Source: Candidatus Hydrogenedentota bacterium
Lineage (GTDB): Bacteria > Hydrogenedentota > Hydrogenedentia > Hydrogenedentales > SLHB01
Reading direction: 5' to 3'
NCBI GenBank assembly: GCA_963745075.1
Contig: CAVUWV010000036.1
Coordinates: forward strand, 128,001-192,000
DNA: 64,000 nucleotides
Shown: positions 22,120 through 30,028 of the stretch, one piece after another
Numbering within the stretch: the stretch's first letter is position 1
Layout of the letters: every line of letters starts with the position of its first letter
Translations under genes and position numbers: made by a program
Notes under the pieces: generated by a model
The model's database searches: none
The model's input: the letters and a program-made list of their open reading frames with translations, nothing else
What the model was told of the DNA's origin: nothing

Positions 22120-23541
22120 TTAAGCGCCCCTTGGGCCGGCGCCGGACGGTGCGACCGCCTCACCCGGCTCGGATGCGAATACACGACGTACCGTTTCCAT
22201 CGGCGGCGGAACGGACGTTTGGAGGTCGAACCGAAGCCCCCCCGCCGCGCCGTCGCGTCGGACCTGTAATCCGTGTAGCGTATCAATGACGTCCTGCACG
22301 GCGGCAATCCCCGTTCCGATGGCCGCGATGCCGTTGCCGGCCGTCACGAGCAGCGGGTTTACAACCCGTACGGTGTCGATAGTGAGCGCTCCGTAAGTAA
22401 CCGGTTGGGCCGAGGACATGGAGGGTAGTGTCGCCCGGTAGAGTTCCCGAACCCGTTCGTCGTCCGTCACGGCCCATCCGAGCGCCACAGACCCGCCGTC
22501 AATTCGGAGACATGCTATCGTTCCCAAGGTCGCCGACAAGGTTTCCGCGGCGGCGGTGGCGTCGTCGTCGTTCATTTCCAACGCGGCGCTGTGAAGCGCA
22601 TTGGTAACGAGCGAACGGAGCGATGGGATCAAGCGAACGGTCAACGAGGCGCCGCTGTCCTCGCGCGGCACGTCCGGCGAGCCGTCGCTATGGGGCGCCT
22701 CGTCGAGCCACGCAGCCAGTGCGGGGTGCGTCTGCGAAACCCATGTCACGTCGCACAAGATACCTTCGTCGTTCCATTTCATCGTGAACGGGATCGGTTC
22801 GGTATCCGCAAAGCCGTCGGACAGCGAATCGACAAAACTCGAGAGCGGTGTAGCCAGAAATGCCGGGGCGGATTTGCTGCGCTGCGTTAGATATGGTTCG
22901 AGTGACGCGCGAATCCCTGTGGGCCGGATCGCGCCGTGCCAGCGATTATCCGCATCGAATTGGACCGACCCATGATTCTTGCGCAAGGCCTCGAGTTTCG
23001 CTGCCGCCGCTCTCAGGAACTCCGGATCGTTGCCCAGGAGGGCCCAATCTCCGACCGTCTCAGCTGGGAGGGGATTCGGCCCCGCCGCAGACTTGATTGT
23101 CTCCAGAAACTGCGCGGGGTTGACCGCGCGCATGATCGACACGGCGTTTACCGCACCGGGCGAAGCGTCCCCCGCGGAAGGCACGCGAAACAGAAACACG
23201 GCAGGGCCGTCCGGGTCGATGGCATGCGCGTGCATCCATTCTATGGCGTCGCCTTGCATGCCCGTCGACGTGAGGAGCAGCGCGTCAGCGGAGTCCGGGT
23301 ATTGTAGCCTGTGGAGCAGGGCCGTGGCATTCGCGAACGCCGTGCCGAGTTTCGGCACCGCGATGGCCAGCGCGGCAGCGTCGGGCAACATGTCCTGAAA
23401 GGTGGCAACCGGCGGCGGCGATTCGTACGCAGACGGAGCAGCGGGAGCCGAAGGTTCCTCACGGCCGCACCCTCCGATAATCAGGGCTACCAGGCCGATC
23501 CGGGCCCACTGGTGACGGACTATCCCCCCGCTGCCGCGCAT
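22120..23541 (-). CDS. Hypothetical lipoprotein
   Basis: IGLVALIIGG-C lipobox-like signal; Ala/Pro-rich; abuts nikR stop; no family recognised. Confidence 0.65.
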   Translation of the reverse strand: MRGSGGIVRHQWARIGLVALIIGGCGREEPSAPAAPSAYESPPPVATFQDMLPDAAALAIAVPKLGTAFANATALLHRLQYPDSADALLLTSTGMQGDAIEWMHAHAIDPDGPAVFLFRVPSAGDASPGAVNAVSIMRAVNPAQFLETIKSAAGPNPLPAETVGDWALLGNDPEFLRAAAAKLEALRKNHGSVQFDADNRWHGAIRPTGIRASLEPYLTQRSKSAPAFLATPLSSFVDSLSDGFADTEPIPFTMKWNDEGILCDVTWVSQTHPALAAWLDEAPHSDGSPDVPREDSGASLTVRLIPSLRSLVTNALHSAALEMNDDDATAAAETLSATLGTIACLRIDGGSVALGWAVTDDERVRELYRATLPSMSSAQPVTYGALTIDTVRVVNPLLVTAGNGIAAIGTGIAAVQDVIDTLHGLQVRRDGAAGGLRFDLQTSVPPPMETVRRVFASEPGEAVAPSGAGPRGA

Positions 23542-23958
23542 TCACGCCAGGCTCTTGCCCGTGGAATTCAGCGACAACGCCGCGTGGAGGACACCTTTCT
23601 CGCGGCGCATGCTGTCGGTGAGCGCGCGAATGAGTTTGCCTTGGCCCCGCACCATGATCATTTCGGCGCACAGGTCGTGATCGAGATGAACGTGGGTCGT
23701 TGCGAGAATGTTGCTGTGGTGATTGTGTTGCAAGTGATTCAGACGGTCGCTCAGTCCCCGTTGATGGTGGTCGTAGAGCAGGGTAATGGTCCCCACCGCT
23801 TCCACGTTGCGTTCCCACTCTTCCTCGACGAGTTTGCCGCGGATCAGGTCGCGAATGTATTCGGAGCGATTGGTGTATCCGCTGGTCTGCACCAGATCTT
23901 CCAGGCGCCGCAGCAACGGCGCTTCGATGGACATGCTGACACGCTCCAGTTCCGGCAT
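23542..23958 (-). CDS. nikR: Nickel-responsive regulator NikR
   Basis: RHH (RVSMSIE...GYTNRSEYIRDLIR), YDHH, LQH, THVHLDHDLCAE; GGAG RBS before 23958. Confidence 0.93.
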   Translation of the reverse strand: MPELERVSMSIEAPLLRRLEDLVQTSGYTNRSEYIRDLIRGKLVEEEWERNVEAVGTITLLYDHHQRGLSDRLNHLQHNHHSNILATTHVHLDHDLCAEMIMVRGQGKLIRALTDSMRREKGVLHAALSLNSTGKSLA

Positions 23959-24029
23959 CGGCACAACTCCTAAGAGGCAACTTGTTCTATGGACGGTATG
24001 GACAACCCCATGGCTCGATCGAATCGGTT

Positions 24030-24477
24030 TCAGCGATCGGCGCCGAAGGCGGAGGCCGTCGGGAAGTGCAGGATGCAGCCCGCAATCGCCGCGCCCCACA
24101 ACAGCAGCGCAAACATGGCGTCGGCCGTCAGCAGCGCAACGACGAATCCCATCAAGCCCGCGCTCTCGCCGAGAGCCATGGCGACAATCATGTTCCGGAA
24201 GCGCGCGGGCAACGCGGCGTCCCCTTCCGGGATCTGTGCCCTCCAAAATTCGGCGAATGACGAACGACAGTGCCAGAGAACCGATACCCGCAACCAACAG
24301 TACGACCTTCAGAATCAGCGCCGTTTGGGAATCCAATTCCGTGAGCCCCCCGGACGGGATGGTTCCGCCGAGGATCAAAATGGTGCCAATGACTGCGTAT
24401 CCGATGGTCGCCATCAGTATCGCGCCCGCAATGATTCGGCCTTTCTGAAACATCTCCGCTACGGACACTTCAGCCAT
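24030..24477 (-). CDS. Small 4-TM membrane protein (indel near 24235)
   Basis: Hydrophobic MAEVSVAEMFQK... segment continues as MIVAMALGESAGLMGFVVALL...ILHFP in another frame. Confidence 0.65.
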
Positions 24478-24509
24478 CGTTCGATGCTCCCCTCTACACG
24501 ATTTCGTGG

Positions 24510-24995
24510 TTAAGAATCGTCCGAATCCGGTCTGGTTTGCCGGCTCTGCTCGATGCGTTTGAGTTTTCGCCACAACGTATTGCGGCCGATGCCCAGCCGT
24601 CGCGCCGCTTCCGCCCGGTTGCCTTTGCAGCGGTGCAGCGTTTCCAGAATATGTTCGTTTTCGATGTCCTCGAGCGGAGCCGGCGGCTTTTCGGCGGCAA
24701 CGGGCGCGATGGACGTTGCGCGCCGGATCATCAGCGCCGCCTCACCGGGCACGAGGGGGAGAAAGATGTACCCGAACACGCCGCCGCGCATGGCCTCGAC
24801 TGCGTCGCGCAATTGATTCACCGCGGCCAGAACGAGCGTCGGCTCTTCCTTTGCAAACGCGACCGATCGCTCGAGGTCGTCGGTCACGATCACATCCGGA
24901 TTGTCGTCCGTCATGACATGGCCGTCCGCCTCGAGGAGGGTTTTCAGCGTCAACCGGTTCACCGGGTCCGCAACTTCCAGCCATACGCGAGCCAT
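24510..24995 (-). CDS. Degenerate receiver domain + Fis-type HTH (NtrC-like, no AAA+ domain)
   Basis: DAVEAMRGGVFGYIFLPL, LEDIENEHILETLHRCKGNRAEAARRLGIGRNTLWRKLK. Confidence 0.85.
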   Translation of the reverse strand: MARVWLEVADPVNRLTLKTLLEADGHVMTDDNPDVIVTDDLERSVAFAKEEPTLVLAAVNQLRDAVEAMRGGVFGYIFLPLVPGEAALMIRRATSIAPVAAEKPPAPLEDIENEHILETLHRCKGNRAEAARRLGIGRNTLWRKLKRIEQSRQTRPDSDDS

Positions 24996-25052
24996 AATGC
25001 CACGCTACTCCTTTTTCGGCCCGTATTTCTACCGAACAACGATCAATCGCAA

Positions 25053-26230
25053 TCAAGTGCGAGTCTTCTTCTTTTTCTTCATGCGCCGCTTTCGCGGTGG
25101 GGGCACCATACCCTTTAGCGTCAACATCTTACCGAAACACAGCAGAGAATCGCCGACGAGGAGTTCCCGGGATCCCCGGGGGTTGGGGATGACCACACCA
25201 TTGCGGTCGATGCTGAGCACGAGGACATCGCGATCCCGCAAGCCGGTTTCCGAAATGGTCTTGCCGACGAACTCCGACTTGGGGCCGACGGGCACTTCAC
25301 TGACGCCGTAGCCGCCCTTCACCGTGAGTCGCTGGCGTACGTCGATTTCGGGGAAGAGCACCTGCTCTTCCATGAGTTCCACAATGGCGCCCGCGATGTC
25401 GACACCGGATATGGATTCGATGCCTTCGAGCCCAGGCGACGAATTGATCTCCATCACCTTGGGTCCGTCCTCCGCCTCGAGCATGTCGACGCCCGCTACG
25501 CGCAGCCCCATGATTTGCGCGGCCCGCACCGCGGTATGTTCGTATTCTTCGTCGAGCTTGATGGACTCGGTCTGGCCGCCGCGATGGACGTTGCTGCGGA
25601 ACTCCTGCCCCTGCGCCCGCCGCCGCATGGCGGCCACGACCCGATCGCCCACGACGAAGGCGCGGATGTCGCGTGCCCTTGCTTTCGGCGACGAATTTCT
25701 GGATCAGCACGTTCTGCCGCGTGCTTTGCAGCGTTTCGATGATGGCGTCGGCCACGTCGGTCGAGTCGGCGAGAATGACGCCGATGCCCTGCGTGCCTTC
25801 CAGGAGTTTGATGATCACCGGCGTGCCGCCGACTTCGCTCGACCGCCGGCAGCACGTCCTTCTTGTCGCGCACAAAGGCGGACTGGGGGATGCCGATGCT
25901 GTGCCGGCTGAGGATCTGGAGCGAGCGCAGCTTGTCGCGCGAGACCGCGATGGCGTGCGACGAGTTCAGCGTGAAGACGCCCATCTGCTCGAACTGGCGC
26001 ACCACCGAACAGCCGAAGAAGGTGATCGAGGCGCCAATCCGGGGAATCACCGCGTCGTAATGCGGCACGTTCCGGCCGTGGTAGGACAGGCTGGGCTCTT
26101 CTTCTTCCACGTGAATCGAGAAAAAGTTCGTATCCAGAACCTTGACCTGATGGCCTCGCGCAACGGCCGCTTCGCGCAGCCGGCGCGTCGAATAGAGCCG
26201 CGGCCCTCGCGAGAGGATCGCTATCTTCAT
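25053..26230 (-). CDS. rimK: RimK-family alpha-L-glutamate ligase with C-terminal RCK_C (TrkA-C) domain (indels near 25840, 25680)
   Basis: [74 protein letters not shown], then [27 protein letters not shown]...[11 protein letters not shown]. Confidence 0.92.
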
Positions 26231-26383
26231 AAAAGTCTCTCCCAATTACTACCGATCGAGCGGAGCAACCCGTTTCGGCCGGCACACAGCCCGGCGCGTC
26301 CGGTTCGAAACGATGTATCCAGTTCCCTTGCAGAATCCTGTGCCGCTGGGCACATCAGAAACAACACCGCAGGTCAGGGGTCT

Positions 26384-27370
26384 CTATTCCGGGACCCCAA
26401 CGTGCACGATCGCGTCTCCACGGTAGACGAGCGGGTTGACCGTCTGTCCGATCACCAAGCCCGTATGAGGCGAACGCACCACCACTTTGCTTTCCTCAAA
26501 CGAGTCGGAGATCTGGCCGATGGCCTGTCCTTTCCGCACATGATCCCCTACGGCAGCGGATAGACGCAAGATCCCGCTGCGGCGCGCACGAATCCATTTG
26601 CTCGATCGAACTTCCAGGCGCGGATTGCGGCGGATGCGGCTGTGGCCTACCCGCATGCCCAACACGGTCATCACGCGCAACACGCCCGAAATGCCCGTCT
26701 CAATGGCGTCGTCATTGAATCGCAACGGTTCACCCGCCTCGTAAACCAGCACGTGGACGCCGCTTTCCACCGCAGCCTGTCGAAGCGATCCGTCGCGGAC
26801 CGCGGAGTTTATGATAACGGACGCCCCGAAGGCTACCGCGCATTGCCGCGTTTCCGGATCGTCGAGGTTCGCCCGGATCTGCGGCAGATTCGTTCGATTC
26901 ATCCCGGCGGTATGGAGGTCGATCCCGTGCGTGCACGATCGAATGATCTCGCGCCGGACCGTACACGCCAGGCGCGACGCCAGCGATCCGTTCGGGGTTC
27001 CAGGAAAACTCCGATTGAGATCGCGGCGATCCGGCAAGTAGCGCGACTGGGTGATCAATCCAAACATGTTGACCACCGGCACCGCCAGGACCGTGCCGCG
27101 AATGCGTGCCGGGTCCAGCCGCGCCACCACGCGCCGGATGATCTCCATTCCGTTCAGTTCGTCGCCGTGAAGCGCCGCGGTCAGGAACAGGCGCGGGCCA
27201 TCCTTCTTTCCGTGCAGGACCTGGACCGGCATGGGGATCGCTGTGTGTGTGTAAAGCTGCGGTAACGGCACATCGACGGTGCGCCGCTCACCGCGTTGAA
27301 CTTCCACGCCGGAAAGCACAAACGGCGACCGCTTGCCCGTCTTCCCCGTCAACTTCGTATTACCTGCCAT
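26384..27370 (-). CDS. Succinylglutamate desuccinylase/aspartoacylase (M14) family protein
   Basis: ALHGDELNG, DLNRSFPG, IDLHT, YEAGE, C-terminal lipoyl-like hairpin. Confidence 0.92.
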   Translation of the reverse strand: MAGNTKLTGKTGKRSPFVLSGVEVQRGERRTVDVPLPQLYTHTAIPMPVQVLHGKKDGPRLFLTAALHGDELNGMEIIRRVVARLDPARIRGTVLAVPVVNMFGLITQSRYLPDRRDLNRSFPGTPNGSLASRLACTVRREIIRSCTHGIDLHTAGMNRTNLPQIRANLDDPETRQCAVAFGASVIINSAVRDGSLRQAAVESGVHVLVYEAGEPLRFNDDAIETGISGVLRVMTVLGMRVGHSRIRRNPRLEVRSSKWIRARRSGILRLSAAVGDHVRKGQAIGQISDSFEESKVVVRSPHTGLVIGQTVNPLVYRGDAIVHVGVPE

Positions 27371-27402
27371 AGGTGTCTGCCGCCTCACCCGCTTCCGTTC
27401 GA

Positions 27403-27550
27403 GGAGGGCGGGTTTTCAAACCCGCCGAACCAACGATCCCACGATCGCATTTCCAATCCAATTGGCAATTAGCCAAGATTACCTTCTTCAAACACAATGC
27501 CTTCCCCTTCCGTGCGGGCACTCGAAGGCGGGTAAGAAAACCCGCCCTCT
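27403..27550. repeat. REP doublet, family D
   Basis: GGAGGGCGGGTTTTCAAACCCGCC (27403-27426) and inverted AGAGGGCGGGTTTTCTTACCCGCC (27527-27550); each arm self-complementary. Confidence 0.7.
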
Positions 27551-27551
27551 T

Positions 27552-28007
27552 TTACTTCCGCTTCTTCTTTCGGTAGACCTGCGGCAGCGTCCGCCCGGAC
27601 ACGTACGAGCGAGCCGGGTCGATGTAGAAGTGGTGGTGCAGGGCCGTCCGTCCAAGGAGCATGCGAAACAGCATGGAATCCCGGTTCGTGAGCGTAATCT
27701 CGATGGGCCACTCATGATCCCCGATCCGTATCGGCGTCTCGATGACCAACCGCCGTTCCCGATGACCGCCCGAATCACTCACGTAGCGCTCATCGACGAC
27801 ATCCGCTTCGCAAAAGATCTCGAGCGCAGTCTTGCGTTGCAGGGGATGTACCCCGAATCGGACCCGCCGCCTCCGTTTGACGTGGAACGTCTCCAAGGTG
27901 AAGGCGTGCAACGCCGAGGTCCGGGCCCCCGTGTCGATCTTCGCCTTCAACGCGGGAATTCCCAGTTCCGGCAGGGCCAGCCACTCGCGCCATCCCAGGA
28001 TGTTCAT
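27552..28007 (-). CDS. rimB: RimB-like retropepsin-fold protease
   Basis: GWREW, KAKIDTGARTSALHA, DSGGHRERR, LTNRDSMLFRMLLGR. Confidence 0.88.
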   Translation of the reverse strand: MNILGWREWLALPELGIPALKAKIDTGARTSALHAFTLETFHVKRRRRVRFGVHPLQRKTALEIFCEADVVDERYVSDSGGHRERRLVIETPIRIGDHEWPIEITLTNRDSMLFRMLLGRTALHHHFYIDPARSYVSGRTLPQVYRKKKRK

Positions 28008-28059
28008 CCGTTTCTCCGGGCTTTCGCCGTAATCTTCCGCAGGTTAATACGTTACCCTG

Positions 28060-28267
28060 CCCCGGATTTCTCACACGCACGGCACACCTACCGTGTAACT
28101 TCCCCAGGTACTTTAATCTCCAACTACGACCACGGTTTTTCGATTTGGCAGTGTGCGTGTGAGAATTCCTCGACAGTGAGCTTACCGTTTTTCTCGGGAG
28201 CATTTCTCACCGTACCCAAAAGTTATCGGTCCGCAAGACGACGGCTCTTGAGCGGTGAGAAATGCGG
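28060..28267. repeat. Two adjacent inverted-repeat elements with ATTTCTCAC ends (MITE-like, family E)
   Basis: TTCTCACACGCAC 28068-28080/28153-28165 and GCATTTCTCACCG 28200-28212/28253-28265, both perfect 13-bp inverted repeats. Confidence 0.7.
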
Positions 28268-28662
28268 ACTGCGAACCCATCGTACCCTCTCCCGGCAGAC
28301 CCACACAATATGTGGTGAATTGGGCCACATCGCCCCGGCCGCCCCCGTGGATATCGCTGAACGCCGTTTCCGGGTGTGCAGATTCGACACGAGTTGTGCA
28401 TTTAGGTTACGACTTTTCCGGAAGTTTATAACGTGTTCAGTGACAGCGTCTTGCTGTTCTGAAAGGCCGAAAATCCGTTAAGGCACCCGCGTTGAGCAAC
28501 GCCATTTTCCGCGCTGTAGCCAGTTCCGGCGACCGATGTGTTCTCAATGAGCACACCACCTCCCGGTATACCCCAAATCGAGTTCGTGCCAATTGGCGCC
28601 GCGCGACCACTTTCCGGCGTAACCCCCTGTAGTCGTGTACGTTGAAGCGATCCTGCCGCAGA

Positions 28663-28679
28663 TTGGCACCAATGTTGCA
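28663..28679 (+). promoter_or_regulatory. Sigma54 (-24/-12) promoter
   Basis: TTGGCACCAATGTTGCA: GG-N10-GC, near-consensus, about 70 bp before the next CDS. Confidence 0.75.
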
Positions 28680-28746
28680 CCTTCTTCCAACAGAACGCGT
28701 GTACTGCGTTCCGGCACATAGAAGGTCACAACAAATCGATAGCGGG

Positions 28747-29157
28747 ATGGGACTGAGTGAAATGAATGCTGAAGCGGCGCGCGAGAAACCGACGGCCTTG
28801 GTCGTCTACCCCCAACCGGGGAGAACCGAAGAATTGAAGCGAGATATCCCGGAATACCGCTGGGCGGAAGCGCCCAACCGCTGGCCCCAACAGCCCGCCG
28901 AATTGGGTCTGTCCCGGCCGCCGGATGTAATCGTGGTCGACGCGGAACAAGAAAGCGACGACCAGATTCTGAAGACCTGCGAGACGTTGCGAAACATGAC
29001 ACCGGTTCGGGATACGCCGGTGCTCGTGGCCATTTCCATGTACCGCATGCATCTCGGGAACCAGGTGAAACAGTATCCGCACACCAACATATTAATTTTC
29101 CCTATCGAAGACGCGGATCTGCGGCGGCAATTGACCGCGGCTTCGGACCACGTTTAG
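28747..29157 (+). CDS. Atypical receiver-like protein
   Basis: PPDVIVVDA...TCETLRN...DTPVLV...FPI; lacks the acidic pair and the conserved Lys; start could be 28762. Confidence 0.55.
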   Translation: MGLSEMNAEAAREKPTALVVYPQPGRTEELKRDIPEYRWAEAPNRWPQQPAELGLSRPPDVIVVDAEQESDDQILKTCETLRNMTPVRDTPVLVAISMYRMHLGNQVKQYPHTNILIFPIEDADLRRQLTAASDHV

Positions 29158-29272
29158 GGATTGCCCCGGCCGCAAGACGGCCCATTGACCGGTATAGATA
29201 GCGGAGACCCAGACAAGGCACCCATGAGAGCGATCTCCAGTCCCCAATTCAACGGACAAGGAGGGTTTGGAT

Positions 29273-30028
29273 ATGTTACGCAGTTTGAAGGGATTATTCG
29301 GATATAACCTCGAAGCTATAGACGGACCCATCGGAACCGTCAAAGATTTCTACTTCGAGGACACGGATTGGTCGCTACGCTACCTCGTGGCGGACACCGG
29401 CACGTTCCTGCCCGGCCGCAAGGTGCTTATCGTCCCGGCCGCGCTGGGCAAACCCGACTGGGCGACGCGGCTCTTTCCGGTGAACCACACGAAAGACGAG
29501 ATCCGGCACAGCCCGGGCATCGAAAAAGATCAACCCGTATCGGAGCAAGTGGAAGCCGAACTCCACGAGTACTTCGAATGGGTGCCTTACTGGACGCCGG
29601 GTTTCCCATCGCCCGGTATGCCGACGCCGATCCCGCCGAAGTCGGAACGGCGAATCCCGCGGGAAGGCGAACATGACCCGCACTTGCGCAGCATGCGCGA
29701 GATCATCGGCTACCATGTAGCTTGCATCGACGACGGGATCGGGCACGTCTCGGACTTTATCGCCGAGATGACCTCCTGGACAATGAAATTGATGGTCGTC
29801 GACACCCGCAATTGGCTCCCCGGGAAACACGTGCTGCTCGCGAATGAATGGATCGAAAGCGTCGCGTGGGACGAACGGAAGGTCCATCTCGGTCTGCCCA
29901 AAGCTACGGTGAAAGACGCGCCGCCCTTCGATCCCACGGAACCCGTCAACGAGGAGTTCGAGATGCGGTTGTACGATTATTACGGACGGCCCAGCACGCG
30001 CGTGGAGAACCGTCATTCCGCACGGTAG
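29273..30028 (+). CDS. Tandem PRC-barrel domain protein
   Basis: Two repeats of GY.....DG.IG.V.DF......W....LV.DT...LPG..VL; AAGGAGG RBS. Confidence 0.9.
   Translation: MLRSLKGLFGYNLEAIDGPIGTVKDFYFEDTDWSLRYLVADTGTFLPGRKVLIVPAALGKPDWATRLFPVNHTKDEIRHSPGIEKDQPVSEQVEAELHEYFEWVPYWTPGFPSPGMPTPIPPKSERRIPREGEHDPHLRSMREIIGYHVACIDDGIGHVSDFIAEMTSWTMKLMVVDTRNWLPGKHVLLANEWIESVAWDERKVHLGLPKATVKDAPPFDPTEPVNEEFEMRLYDYYGRPSTRVENRHSAR

Noticed and set aside
23542..24573. Apparent membrane-anchored NikR fusion (343 aa)
   Set aside because: Caused by an indel near 24235; nikR has its own RBS and ATG at 23958 and the membrane gene ends at 24030
28577..28592. Second sigma54 site on the minus strand (TTGGCACGAACTCGAT)
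   Set aside because: Lacks the -12 GC
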